A stretch of 64,000 bases of DNA from Candidatus Babeliales bacterium (GCA_035455925.1 DATIEE010000006.1:45224-109223); one strand, 5' to 3'. Positions 38,058 to 48,897 are shown, counted from the first letter of the stretch. Made by a program: numbers and translations. The notes: a model not told the origin generated them from the letters alone.

Positions 38058-40778
38058 ATGTTTTTTTTAGAATATTTTGAATCAATACTGGGATCCTTTT
38101 ATTTTATATTACCCGCTACATCTATTTCATTTGTACTGAAATTAGTAATATTAATTATTCTAATTCAAAAATCGTTGCTTATGGATACAATGGCTAAGCC
38201 ACTTTTCTTCTTATTTACAATACTTATTGGTAATATGTTTTCTGATTTGGCATGGATACTTAAATTATCTCAAGAACTTTTTTTCCCTCAACTGGGCTAT
38301 CAAATTGTCTTATTGATTATTCGTATTGCATGGATATTTTTTTTAGTACAATATCAATCAATATCATTATTTATAGAAAGTCTTGTAGTTGATAGTTATT
38401 ATATTCCAATTAGACAAAAAATTCTTTGTTGTATAAGTAGTGTCTTTGGTTTATTATTTGCAATAATAGCTATCATTGATTTTGATTGTATAAGTTTAGC
38501 GCAGAGAAAATTTTCATTTGAACCAAGAGTCCAAAATTTTGCTACATTTTATGCTCTTTTTATTGTTATGCTTCCCAGTCTATTTATTGCAATTCAAAAA
38601 ATACGCTCATCTGAATTACCTCACTTGTTGAAAAAACAGCTTAAAGTTCTAATACAGGGTTTAATTATGCCTTTTTTAATGGCTGATTTTATCCAATTAT
38701 TTCCCTTTAAAGTATATGCTATAACCTGGATTGCTCATAGTTATGCAGGCGTTGGATTTTCAACAATATTAACGACATTATCTATTTATTTTTGTGCACG
38801 TAAAATTTTTGGTTTGCGATTTTTAAATTTAAAAAATCATATATATCAGCCCATGAATATTAATTTTATTAATGATTTTAAGGGAGTTTTAGAGCGATTA
38901 AGTGATGTAACTAATTTGCGTGAACTTGGTCATATTACGCAAAATTTTTTTAAAGATACTTTTACTATAGTATCTCATAAAACTCGTCTGTATTTAAGAA
39001 ATAGTAATACCATAGAACATAAGATACATTTGAATATAATCGAAGATAGTACAATTTCACTTGTTGATACATTTTTAGCAACACATGCAACTATTATTGA
39101 ACGGGCATTACGAGAAGAAAAAATTCTGATTTATGATGAAATTGATTTTACTCATTTTTATCATTCATGTGAGAAGAGTGAAGTGCTTTTAAAGTTTTTG
39201 AATAGTATAAATGCAGATATCTTTTTGCCTATTTATGAAAATGAAAAGTTACTTGCATATATTATCGTTGATCGACATGCTCGTGGGGAGAATTTTTATA
39301 GTAATGTTGAACGTGACGAATTTATTGTTTTCGGTAGTTACTTGGGTAACATTATCAATTTATTACAAAATAAAAGTTTAGATATTTTGATTGAACAAGA
39401 ACAAAACTTACGTTTTGAGTTGTATCATAAGCATCAACAGATAGAACAGTATAAAGAAAGTATTAAATCGTTTTTGCGTAAAGGCAAGACGAAACATATT
39501 GGCATATTATTTTATAAAAATAGACATTTTGCATATGGTAATCAGGCAGCAATCGAGTTGATAGATATTAATATTAATCAACAGCATGGACATCCGCTTG
39601 CACAATCTTTACGTCATTTGGCGCAGCAAGTTGAATCTTGTAAAGGACCGAAAACAGTATTTGTTAAAGACACACATGATAATACATTGGTTATTTCTGC
39701 TGTTCCCCATTTAGAAAAAAACACCGTTATTATTACCGTTTCATATCCATCTATTTCTGATGCAGTTAAACACCATATTGATTTATTAAATGATCCAAGT
39801 GAGTGGGATTATTTACTTTATTTGCAGACGACACAATCAGGTAAGTTAATTAATCAACTTATTCCTAGCTCAGGATCAATTTTATTAAATTTTAAAATAC
39901 AACTCCTTAAAATCGCATTAAGTAAAAAAGCAATCTTATTAGAAATGCCCGAACAAGATTTACAACCTACAGCAGAAATATTACATCATATTAGTATGCG
40001 AGATGACTTGCATATTATGACATTGCAAGGACCCTCTTGTAATTTTGACATAGCAGTTGCACTTTTTGGTATTAATCCTATTTTTGGGGTTCAGGAAAAG
40101 TATAGTCAACCTTTATTAGAAAAACTTGATAATGTTGGAACTCTTTTCATAAAAAATATTCATTTCTTGGATAAAGAAACACAAGAATATTTGGCAATGT
40201 TTATTCGAACGGGGACGTATAGTCAATTTAAAAATGATCAAAAAATTGCAAGTAATGTTCGTATTATTTGTTCGACAAATAAAAATTTAAGTTTGTTAGT
40301 TCAAGAAGGAAAGTTTAGTAAAACATTTTTTAATGAATTAAAGTCAACTGTTGTAACATTGCCATCATTATTGACATTGCCTGAAGATGAATTACATGCA
40401 TTAACCGATGGCTTTACGCAGCAAGCATTAATGTCTGATGCATTACAGCATGTCCTTGTGTTAACTGATAAAGAAAAGAATGTTTTAACTCATGATCGAC
40501 CGATAAGCTTGCAAGAATTGAAAGTTCGTGTCCAGCAGACTCTTATAAAAAAATCTAAAAAAAATCATATACATCAGGAAGTTTTATTTGATCCTGCATA
40601 TGATATTACCGATCCTGATCTTATTGAAGCAGCTCGACTCGGTAAAAAAGCATTGCAAGAACCACGCATCATGGGCCTTTTATGGAATAAGTTTAAAAAT
40701 CAAAATAAAATTGCATTTTTTTTAGGAGTTAATCGTTCTTCTGTCAATCGTCGCTGTAAAGAGTATAATTTGTTATAG
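38058..40778 (+). CDS. polytopic membrane protein fused to a GAF-like region, a catalytically degenerate sigma54-activator (EBP AAA+) domain and a C-terminal Fis-type HTH
   Basis: ~8 hydrophobic helices in the first 260 aa. Residues ~640-780 align with Sigma54_activat (GTLFIKNIHFL...VRIICSTNKNL...GKFSKTFFNELKSTVVTLPSLLTLPED) but have lost Walker A (LQGPSCNF), the Walker B DE (IKNI) and GAFTGA. The C-terminus KIAFFLGVNRSSVNRRCKEY is HTH-like. Confidence 0.5.
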   Translation: MFFLEYFESILGSFYFILPATSISFVLKLVILIILIQKSLLMDTMAKPLFFLFTILIGNMFSDLAWILKLSQELFFPQLGYQIVLLIIRIAWIFFLVQYQSISLFIESLVVDSYYIPIRQKILCCISSVFGLLFAIIAIIDFDCISLAQRKFSFEPRVQNFATFYALFIVMLPSLFIAIQKIRSSELPHLLKKQLKVLIQGLIMPFLMADFIQLFPFKVYAITWIAHSYAGVGFSTILTTLSIYFCARKIFGLRFLNLKNHIYQPMNINFINDFKGVLERLSDVTNLRELGHITQNFFKDTFTIVSHKTRLYLRNSNTIEHKIHLNIIEDSTISLVDTFLATHATIIERALREEKILIYDEIDFTHFYHSCEKSEVLLKFLNSINADIFLPIYENEKLLAYIIVDRHARGENFYSNVERDEFIVFGSYLGNIINLLQNKSLDILIEQEQNLRFELYHKHQQIEQYKESIKSFLRKGKTKHIGILFYKNRHFAYGNQAAIELIDININQQHGHPLAQSLRHLAQQVESCKGPKTVFVKDTHDNTLVISAVPHLEKNTVIITVSYPSISDAVKHHIDLLNDPSEWDYLLYLQTTQSGKLINQLIPSSGSILLNFKIQLLKIALSKKAILLEMPEQDLQPTAEILHHISMRDDLHIMTLQGPSCNFDIAVALFGINPIFGVQEKYSQPLLEKLDNVGTLFIKNIHFLDKETQEYLAMFIRTGTYSQFKNDQKIASNVRIICSTNKNLSLLVQEGKFSKTFFNELKSTVVTLPSLLTLPEDELHALTDGFTQQALMSDALQHVLVLTDKEKNVLTHDRPISLQELKVRVQQTLIKKSKKNHIHQEVLFDPAYDITDPDLIEAARLGKKALQEPRIMGLLWNKFKNQNKIAFFLGVNRSSVNRRCKEYNLL

Positions 40779-40811
40779 TAGCTAATTATAGCATTATATC
40801 TTAACGCAGGA

Positions 40812-41735
40812 ATGCATATGAAAAAAGAAGAATTTGAACTTCATAAAGATGCTTTTTTACTGTATCTCAAGACAGAACGGAATTTTTCTGAACATACCCT
40901 ACGTGCATATTATTTGGATCTTAATCAATTCATTTCTTTCTGGTTAGTCTTGTCAGAATATGATGCACACCATCTTGGACTACGTCAGATTATTGAACGA
41001 TATTTGGTCACTCTCTTTTATAAAAAAATTAGTAAAAATTCCATAGCAAGAAAATTTTCCTGCTTTACTTCATTTGAAAGGTTTTTAAAAAGTAAAGGTA
41101 TTGATCTTAAACTTAATCTTAAAAGACCGCCCATTGATAAAAAATTGCCTATTTATTTCAGTATTGATGAATTATCTCATATTCTTGATAGCATATCTCA
41201 TGATACATTATCAACTCGCTATCCCGTGCGTGATAAAACTATTTTTGAACTATTATATGCAACAGGTGTTCGATGTTCTGAGTTGGTTAACATGAAAATT
41301 GAAGATATTGATATGAATAATAAAACCATTCGCATTGTAAGTAAGAATAAAAAAGAGCGAATTGTTTTATTTGGTCTCAAAGCACAAGAAAAAATCTTGG
41401 AATATTATATGACAGAGCGCCCTGCAATACAAAATCAACAAGAACCATTGTTCCTTAATTATCGCTATGAAAAATTAACATCACGCTCAGTACAACGTAT
41501 TATTAAAATGTTTAGAGTTCTTTTGCCACTAGAACGACAATTGACACCACATAAATTACGTCACTCATTTGCAACACATTTACTTAATCAAGGTGCTGAT
41601 TTACATGTAGTACAAGAATTACTTGGGCATAAAACATCTGCAACAACTGAAAAATATACCTATGTTTCTCTTGAAAATCTTTCTAAATTATGTGACGATA
41701 TTCACCCTATTAATGAAATGATACATAAAAAATAA
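40812..41735 (+). CDS. tyrosine recombinase XerC/XerD family
   Basis: C-terminal catalytic block RHSFATHLLNQGADLHVVQELLGHKTSATTEKYTYV and an N-terminal SAM-like domain. Confidence 0.85.
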   Translation: MHMKKEEFELHKDAFLLYLKTERNFSEHTLRAYYLDLNQFISFWLVLSEYDAHHLGLRQIIERYLVTLFYKKISKNSIARKFSCFTSFERFLKSKGIDLKLNLKRPPIDKKLPIYFSIDELSHILDSISHDTLSTRYPVRDKTIFELLYATGVRCSELVNMKIEDIDMNNKTIRIVSKNKKERIVLFGLKAQEKILEYYMTERPAIQNQQEPLFLNYRYEKLTSRSVQRIIKMFRVLLPLERQLTPHKLRHSFATHLLNQGADLHVVQELLGHKTSATTEKYTYVSLENLSKLCDDIHPINEMIHKK

Positions 41736-41739
41736 AGCA

Positions 41740-43461
41740 ATGCATATATCTACCGATACGATTAATAAAAAAATAATATGTATTTTAATTGGTGCAATAT
41801 TATCATTCGTGATTATTTGTTTGCGGCTTTTTTTTCTTCAAATATATTGTGGTGATTATTTTGCTGTGCGTAGTCAGAAAAATTTTATTCGCTATACAAC
41901 CATTTATTCTCCTCGTGGAAGCATTTGCGATATTCACGGTAATCTTCTTGCAACAAATCGTCCAGTGACTACTATATATTGGAAAGGAACGGGAAATAAA
42001 GTATTGTCGCATGAGCAACTGGCGTTGTTACATTTAATTGAAGAAATTGTACAAGTAACGTTAACGACGGGAACAAAGCTTGATTTAATTGTATTAAGTG
42101 AAAAAAAAAATAAAAAAACGGTACTGATTTCTGATATTGATTCTTCCTGCTTGGGTAAATTAATGGAAATTTTTCCGAATCATGAAAATATCCTTATTGA
42201 GACTAACTTTAAACGATTTTACCCTTACCATTCCTATGGCAGTCATGTAGTGGGTTATTTGGGTGACATTGCTGCAATTGCTCATGGTAAATTAGGATTA
42301 GAAAAATTGTTTGATGAAAATTTATCCGGTAAAAAAGGATCTATGCAAAATATAGTTAATTCAGCAGGTCAATGTATATCCCAGGTTGAACTTGAGAAAG
42401 CATTAATTGGTAATGATGTACAGACAACTATCAATATTGATATCCAGGTTTTGTGTGAAAAAATTTTTCCTGACCATAGAACAGGTAGTCTCATTTTACT
42501 TAATCCAGCAAATGGAGCAATTGCTTCATTAGTATCACGTCCTAATTTTGATCCAAATATTTTTCTTGACCCAATTTCTTATAAAACATGGCAAGATTTA
42601 CAAGAAAAAAATCCATTTTTGAATCGTGTTTTTGACGCTAGCTATCCTTCAGGGTCTATTTTTAAACTCGTTGTTATTAGTGCAGCACTTGAATGTGGCA
42701 TTATTAATGAAGATTCATTATGGAATTGTAAGGGATACACGTTTTTTGGTAATCGTAAGTATTGGTGTGCTCGTCGTTCGGGACATGGCGAAATATCGAT
42801 AAAAAAAGCAGTGGCAGAATCATGTAATACATTATTTTTTGAAATTGGCAAACAAATTGATATTGACGTTCTTGCTGAATATGCGCACAAGTTTGGTTTA
42901 GGTAAAAAAACTAATATTATTTTTCCAGAAAAAATGGGATTGATTCCAAGCAGAGAATGGAAATTTGGCTATAAAGGTGAGTGTTGGTGGCCTGGAGAAA
43001 CCTTATCTGTTGCAATTGGTCAAAGTTTTTTGCTTGTAACACCTATTCAAATAGCATGCATGATTGGCAGCATTTTTACTGGATATCATGTTACGCCGCG
43101 ACTATTGATTGATGAGCCGATAATCATGAATAATTTGAATATTAAAGCTGAAACGATTACTTTTTTAAAAAAATCAATGAAATCTGTGGTAAAAAGTGGT
43201 ACGGGACGTAGCGTACGTAAAGTAAAAGATATTACTATTTATGCAAAAACTAGTACTGCTCAAACAAGTGATTTTAGTAAACGTAAGTTAGATGAAAAAT
43301 ATTTAGAGCATGGATGGTTTGTTGCATATTTTCAATATAAAGACTATGACCCAATGGTTATTGTAATTCTTGTTGAACGAGTTGGTACTGCTCAAGTTGC
43401 CACAAATATTGCAAAAAATTTTTTAATCGAATATAAAAAGTATATGGATTTAGTATGTTAA
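41740..43461 (+). CDS. penicillin-binding protein 2-type transpeptidase
   Basis: N-terminal TM, dimerisation domain, SGSIFK (SxxK) and a KTS/GT motif (AKTSTAQ). Confidence 0.85.
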   Translation: MHISTDTINKKIICILIGAILSFVIICLRLFFLQIYCGDYFAVRSQKNFIRYTTIYSPRGSICDIHGNLLATNRPVTTIYWKGTGNKVLSHEQLALLHLIEEIVQVTLTTGTKLDLIVLSEKKNKKTVLISDIDSSCLGKLMEIFPNHENILIETNFKRFYPYHSYGSHVVGYLGDIAAIAHGKLGLEKLFDENLSGKKGSMQNIVNSAGQCISQVELEKALIGNDVQTTINIDIQVLCEKIFPDHRTGSLILLNPANGAIASLVSRPNFDPNIFLDPISYKTWQDLQEKNPFLNRVFDASYPSGSIFKLVVISAALECGIINEDSLWNCKGYTFFGNRKYWCARRSGHGEISIKKAVAESCNTLFFEIGKQIDIDVLAEYAHKFGLGKKTNIIFPEKMGLIPSREWKFGYKGECWWPGETLSVAIGQSFLLVTPIQIACMIGSIFTGYHVTPRLLIDEPIIMNNLNIKAETITFLKKSMKSVVKSGTGRSVRKVKDITIYAKTSTAQTSDFSKRKLDEKYLEHGWFVAYFQYKDYDPMVIVILVERVGTAQVATNIAKNFLIEYKKYMDLVC

Positions 43462-43489
43462 AATTATTAGATATGAAGGATATAGAAAT

Positions 43490-43900
43490 ATGAATATGCG
43501 AGCAATGATGTTTACTGTTGCATTCTTTTTATCTAGTGTGCCGATTACATCGATGGCGGAATATAAATTTAATACACAAAAAAAACTCTATTCATCATAT
43601 GCTGCATCATACATACTTTCATTAGTGTTGAGTGGTTGTGTTGGCGTAACCACCGGTAGTACAATACGCTATGTTGAAAGGAAATACGATTTTGAATCAT
43701 CTACGTTATTATTGTTTTTAGGTTGGATGGTTGAATATGAAATACGTAATAATATTATTACGTATTTACAAAAAGATTTTGATATGTATAAGGTTAAATA
43801 CAAAAAAGAATCTATGTTTACTATTGGATGGATTGCATCATGGCTTGCATATTTATATAAGAATGACATCATTTCGAGAGATATTTTTTTGCATAACTAA
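43490..43900 (+). CDS. hypothetical membrane protein
   Basis: 136-aa ORF with signal/TM segments. Confidence 0.3.
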   Translation: MNMRAMMFTVAFFLSSVPITSMAEYKFNTQKKLYSSYAASYILSLVLSGCVGVTTGSTIRYVERKYDFESSTLLLFLGWMVEYEIRNNIITYLQKDFDMYKVKYKKESMFTIGWIASWLAYLYKNDIISRDIFLHN

Positions 43901-43991
43901 TTATTTACTAGTTGGTTAAATGGATAATTTTTATTATATTACTACATAGGTATTGATTTTTATTAGTGTATATTTATGTAGATGAGGTAAA

Positions 43992-44774
43992 ATGAAAAGG
44001 TATTTGTTATTAATGAGTTTGGTCAGTGTAGTGAATAATTATACAATGAATCCAACAATCAACTACAAAGATAATACTAAACTTCAATTGATAACATCCT
44101 TACAAGATAACTCTTTTGATGCGGTGGTAAATCTATTACACGATAATCCGAAGTTGCTTCATGATAATAAGAATCCTTATATTGATCAACTTTTCGCGCG
44201 CAAATTCGTTACGCTGCCGCCCCAGTTCCTGAATAGTAAATTGGGAGATGGGTTGACACCTGATCAATTAGCTTTGATAAGAAAAAATAATAATGCATAT
44301 GATTATATGAAAAAATTAGTACATGTGGGATTTGATCTTGATGTACGTGGTGAGGATGGAATGCCTTTATTGTGTCAAGCAATTCTATATACATACGATG
44401 ATAGATATTTAGAATTATTAAAGGGTGGTGCACGGGTAAATGTTTATGATAATTTTGGCAATACGCCATTAGCTTTTGCAGTTTTTTTAGATCATCCAGA
44501 AAAAGTATCAAAGCTACTTGCTTATGGCGCAGTAGTTAACATAAATACGTATCAAATACATTTAAATTCCGGCTTTCAAATATTAAACACTTTATTATTA
44601 ATATTCTGGCAGCAAAAATGTATTCTGTGCAACACGCATAATTATGATTTATATAATATTCCATGTGTTAATCGCCACCTAGAGCATTTCCTGTGTATAA
44701 ATTGTTATAAGGATATGGAGTATGAATATAAAAAGTGTCCTTTATGCCGTAGGAATCTTGATAAGGAAATTTAA
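43992..44774 (+). CDS. eukaryotic-like ankyrin-repeat protein with C-terminal RING-like zinc finger
   Basis: Ankyrin repeats (DGMPLLCQAILYTYDDRYLELLKGGARVNVYDNFGNTPLAFAV) and a C-terminal Cys/His array CILC-x11-C-x3-H-x2-H-x2-C-x2-C-x10-CPLC resembling C3HC4 RING. Confidence 0.65.
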   Translation: MKRYLLLMSLVSVVNNYTMNPTINYKDNTKLQLITSLQDNSFDAVVNLLHDNPKLLHDNKNPYIDQLFARKFVTLPPQFLNSKLGDGLTPDQLALIRKNNNAYDYMKKLVHVGFDLDVRGEDGMPLLCQAILYTYDDRYLELLKGGARVNVYDNFGNTPLAFAVFLDHPEKVSKLLAYGAVVNINTYQIHLNSGFQILNTLLLIFWQQKCILCNTHNYDLYNIPCVNRHLEHFLCINCYKDMEYEYKKCPLCRRNLDKEI

Positions 44775-45024
44775 TCTATATAATTTTAAGTTGTTTTTTA
44801 ATCTCTTTTTTTAGTTTTATTCTATCGCATTTTTAATGTTTCAACTTTTTAATTGCTTGATCGATAGCGCTTTTGCATAGCATTTGATTTTTTACTCATC
44901 ATAATAATCATAGATTTGTGGTAAAAATAATGTTCGATAAAATAACGAAGATGAATAATGAGTAAAAAACAACCAGAAAAACAAGGTTGCTCGTGAAATT
45001 TTCAAAAGACTTTATATCCGAATA

Positions 45025-45078
45025 AATACATAATCCCATTTGTAAGTAATCACAAATGGGATTATGTATTCAATTTTG
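45025..45078. terminator. bidirectional rho-independent terminator (19-bp perfect stem)
   Basis: AATACATAATCCCATTTGT-aagtaatc-ACAAATGGGATTATGTATT followed by caattttg, between a convergent plus-strand gene and rpsT. Confidence 0.75.
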
Positions 45079-45085
45079 TACTATA

Positions 45086-45358
45086 TTACGCTGTTCTTGT
45101 AGCAGCAGCAACTTTTTTTGCTAATTTACTGATTTTGCGAGCAGCTGTATTGCGATGCATAAGGCCTTTACCTTTTGCGCGAGCAATTTTGCTTTCTGCA
45201 AGTATTAATAGTGACTTTGTAGTCTCGATGTCAGCTGTTTCAATTGCGGTAACTACTTTTTTAATAGCTGTTTTAACAGAAGATTTTCTTGCTTGATTGC
45301 GCAATTGACGTTTTGCTGTTTGTAGAACACGTTTTTTTGCAGATTTTATATTTGCCAT
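45086..45358 (-). CDS. rpsT: 30S ribosomal protein S20
   Basis: MANIKSAKKRVLQTAKRQLRN start; 90 aa. Confidence 0.9.
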   Translation of the reverse strand: MANIKSAKKRVLQTAKRQLRNQARKSSVKTAIKKVVTAIETADIETTKSLLILAESKIARAKGKGLMHRNTAARKISKLAKKVAAATRTA

Positions 45359-45384
45359 AATTGTTTGACCTTGATCCTATTATA

Positions 45385-45588
45385 TTAAACAACTTTCTTA
45401 ATTTTGCCTGCTTTCATACACTTTGTGCAGACTTTTGAATGATGAACATGTTTATGAGCATCACCCGTTAATGTGTACCGTATTCTGTGTACGTTTGGAT
45501 ATACCCAACGCTTTACTTTATTATTAGCATTACTTACTAAGTTTGCTACCTGTGGTCCTTTTGAACATACTGAACAAATTCTTGACAT
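45385..45588 (-). CDS. rpmB: 50S ribosomal protein L28
   Basis: MSRICSVCSKGPQVANLVSNANNKVKRWVYPNV matches L28; 67 aa. Confidence 0.85.
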   Translation of the reverse strand: MSRICSVCSKGPQVANLVSNANNKVKRWVYPNVHRIRYTLTGDAHKHVHHSKVCTKCMKAGKIKKVV

Positions 45589-45659
45589 GATGTTTACCTT
45601 TCCTAAAGTCTATTTACTTACTTTTAACATAACAAAAAGAGAAAAATTTACAAGTGCGT

Positions 45660-47492
45660 TTAGTTAAATTTATGAGATTCCCGAGGAGTTATACCTAATA
45701 ATTCATAAATCTCATCAGCATGCAAGGTCTCTTTTTCAATTAATGCATTAGCAAGAAGATCAAGTTTGTCGAGATTGTCTTCAAGCAATTTACGAGTTTT
45801 CTCGTGATATAATGCGGTTAATCGTTGAACTTCAGCATCAATTTTTTCAGCTGTTTTTTGAGAATATTCGAATTCACCATGCTGTTGACTATAAATTATA
45901 GTACCAAGGTCCGGAGACATACCGTATTTGCAGACCATGTTACGAGTGATACGATTTGCTGCTTGAAAATCACTATAAGCGCCAGTGGTAAGTGTATTAA
46001 ATATAATTTCTTCTGCAACACGACCACCAAGTGCCGACATAACTGATGCTTCCATTTCTTCTTTAGTAGTGATGTATTTTTCACGTTCTGGTAAAAAATG
46101 AGTTACACCTAATGCAGATCCACGGGGGATAATAGTCACCTTATGCAATGGATCGGATGTTTCTGGTAATAAAAGACGTACAAGAGCATGACCTGCTTCA
46201 TGATATGCTATGAGTTTTTTATCCTCGGTGGTGAGCATAATACTTTTTGTTTCTTTTCCAAGCATTATTTTATCCCGAGCTTCCTCAAAATCAGCCATCG
46301 TGACTAAATTAGCATCTTCTTTTTTTGATGCATTTATTGCGGCTTCATTGACTAAGTTTGCAAGATCAGCTCCAGAAAACCCCGGGGTTCCTTGAGCAAT
46401 TTTTTTTACATCAAGATTTTTTTCTACTTTTATATTCTTGATATGCACGGTTAAAATAGATTCACGACTTTTTAGATCAGGATATGGTACAGTAACACGA
46501 CGATCAAATCGTCCTGGCCGTAACAATGCTTTATCTAATACATCAACTCTATTTGTTGCGGCTATAACAATGATGGGCGAGGGAGATACTTCAAAACCAT
46601 CCATTTCAGCAAGTAATTGATTAAGAGTTTGCTCACGTTCATCATTTCCTCCACCCATACCGCTTCCACGATGACGTCCCACTGCATCAATTTCATCAAT
46701 AAAAATAATGCTTGGAGAATGTTTACGTGCTTGTGCAAAGAGATCACGAACGCGTGCTGCGCCTACACCAACAAAAACTTCAATAAAATTTGATCCGCTG
46801 ATGCTAAAAAAGGGACAGTTTGCTTCACCGGCAACTGCACGTGCTAATAAAGTTTTACCATTTCCAGGTTCGCCAATTAAAAGGATCCCACGAGTAATTT
46901 TTGCACCGAGTCGTTGATATTTTTTTGGATTTTTCAAAAAATCTATGACATCAGCGAGCTCTTCTTTTGCTTCATCTGCACCAGCAACAGAATTAAAATT
47001 TTCTTTAATGCTTGAAGGCAAAAACATACGAGCACCACTTTTTCCCATAGTAAAAATATTACCACCGCCGCTATTGCCAGCATTACGAGAGCGAACAAAA
47101 TACCAAATGGCCCAAATGGCCACAAACAAACATGAAAAAAGGAAAAGATACCAAATGCCTAATTGATTTGATGGAGAGATTATCGAAAACTCTACGCCAT
47201 GCATACGTAAACGATCCCAATCATTTGCATTATTACCGACAACAGTTTCAAATCGAGTTCCATCGGTAAAGATTCCTTCAACATCTTGACCTGATACGTA
47301 TACTTTTTTGACTAAGTCTTGATCGACTTTTTCTAAAAATGTTGAATAGGAAACAATTTGAACGTTTCTTGCTAATTCGGTCAACTTATAAAGTACTAAT
47401 AATACTCCTGCAAGTATAATAAATACGAGGAGTATGTTTTTTATATTTTTTGGGCTAGGGGTCCACGAAATATTATTTTTATTTTTTTTCAT
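45660..47492 (-). CDS. ftsH: ATP-dependent zinc metalloprotease FtsH
   Basis: Two N-terminal TMs, AAA Walker [19 protein letters not shown], and zinc-binding HEAGHAL. Confidence 0.95.
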   Translation of the reverse strand: MKKNKNNISWTPSPKNIKNILLVFIILAGVLLVLYKLTELARNVQIVSYSTFLEKVDQDLVKKVYVSGQDVEGIFTDGTRFETVVGNNANDWDRLRMHGVEFSIISPSNQLGIWYLFLFSCLFVAIWAIWYFVRSRNAGNSGGGNIFTMGKSGARMFLPSSIKENFNSVAGADEAKEELADVIDFLKNPKKYQRLGAKITRGILLIGEPGNGKTLLARAVAGEANCPFFSISGSNFIEVFVGVGAARVRDLFAQARKHSPSIIFIDEIDAVGRHRGSGMGGGNDEREQTLNQLLAEMDGFEVSPSPIIVIAATNRVDVLDKALLRPGRFDRRVTVPYPDLKSRESILTVHIKNIKVEKNLDVKKIAQGTPGFSGADLANLVNEAAINASKKEDANLVTMADFEEARDKIMLGKETKSIMLTTEDKKLIAYHEAGHALVRLLLPETSDPLHKVTIIPRGSALGVTHFLPEREKYITTKEEMEASVMSALGGRVAEEIIFNTLTTGAYSDFQAANRITRNMVCKYGMSPDLGTIIYSQQHGEFEYSQKTAEKIDAEVQRLTALYHEKTRKLLEDNLDKLDLLANALIEKETLHADEIYELLGITPRESHKFN

Positions 47493-47598
47493 ATAAATTC
47501 ATTTGTTTTTGAGGTTTAAAGACATACTATATTGTAAAAATACCATTTTTAACCATTTTATTATACCATCATTGTGAATTTTGTCGATTTTAAATTTT

Positions 47599-48897
47599 TT
47601 AAGTTACTACAGGAAATTTCGTATAAATGGGTCCCCAGTGAGGGTAACTGCATTGTTCGTGTTCACCTGTTATATATTTTGTTTTATTAGTTAATAAATT
47701 AAGTGAAGCTAAACGACTTGTTTTATTAGGAACCTCATGTGCAAATAAAATCTGTGTGCCATCGGGTGACCAACTTGCTTCATGTTTATTTCCGTTTGTT
47801 GAAGTTATTTGCACATGTTCTTTTGTCGCACAATTATATATCATAATTTGCATAGTTCTCTGTATCATTTTATGATAAACAATTTTATTAGTTTTTAAAC
47901 AATAATTTGGTGATGTACAATAACCTCCTTTGGTAATTCGTTGAATATGTCCAGTTTTAAGGTTAGCAATATAAATTTGTGGATTACCTGTTTGAAAATC
48001 TGAACAAAAACATAATCGATCTTCATCGAGAAAGATGGGAGAAGTATTATTTCCACTGTTTTTAGTGCATCGTTTCAAAATATTATTTTCTTGTAAATAA
48101 ATTTGGCAACTTCCATTTCCTCGTGATGAGCAATAAGCAGATTTTCCATTAGGTGAAAAAGTCATAAGCATGTTAATACCATCAAAACTAGATATAATAT
48201 CGTTTTTTTTATTCATAGTGCTTGATATAAGGCGAACGTTAGTATCGGCATATTCGGAATAATAAACACAGGGTTTTGTTATATGCCAACGCGGCGCAAC
48301 AGTAATGGTAGAAGTGTCAACAAGAAGTTCTTCATGGGAACCATCAAAATCAGCTACGTAAATTTTTCTTACCGTAAGTCCTTTATTATTATTATTCACA
48401 TCTTTGCAATATACTAATCGTGAAGAAAAAAAACCATCATTAGCGGTGAGTGTTTTATATAACTCGTCAGCAACAGCATGCGCACAGGATCGCGCTATAT
48501 TTCCATTTTTTTTATATTTTTTTCCCTGAATCATAGTACATTGCATCGTTTCATATAATCTCCATTCAATATTTTCAGAAGAATCTATATTGATACATAA
48601 TACTATCGGAGTACCGATAGCACCATAATGAAGGATCTTTTTTCGCAGTTCTTTTTTTGATAGTTGCTCAGAAATTTCTTGTATGTTTAATTTGAATTGA
48701 TCAGTAAACTCTAAATCTTTTTTGATAGTTATTGCTACATCTTTTAGTTCATTATTATTGTTATTGAGCATTAAAATTGCAATTTGCATGTGTGTGGGTT
48801 GTGCATTTGACACCATAAGGGTTATTTCTTCTGGTAGCGTGCATATCGTAATAAGTAGTAATAATACTATACATAAATTTTTTATTTTCATTTCCAT
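47599..48897 (-). CDS. tolB: TolB-like periplasmic beta-propeller protein
   Basis: Signal peptide. Repeated propeller blades with SPNGKS/SWSPDG motifs. Located directly downstream of tolQ-tolR-tolA. Confidence 0.7.
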   Translation of the reverse strand: MEMKIKNLCIVLLLLITICTLPEEITLMVSNAQPTHMQIAILMLNNNNNELKDVAITIKKDLEFTDQFKLNIQEISEQLSKKELRKKILHYGAIGTPIVLCINIDSSENIEWRLYETMQCTMIQGKKYKKNGNIARSCAHAVADELYKTLTANDGFFSSRLVYCKDVNNNNKGLTVRKIYVADFDGSHEELLVDTSTITVAPRWHITKPCVYYSEYADTNVRLISSTMNKKNDIISSFDGINMLMTFSPNGKSAYCSSRGNGSCQIYLQENNILKRCTKNSGNNTSPIFLDEDRLCFCSDFQTGNPQIYIANLKTGHIQRITKGGYCTSPNYCLKTNKIVYHKMIQRTMQIMIYNCATKEHVQITSTNGNKHEASWSPDGTQILFAHEVPNKTSRLASLNLLTNKTKYITGEHEQCSYPHWGPIYTKFPVVT

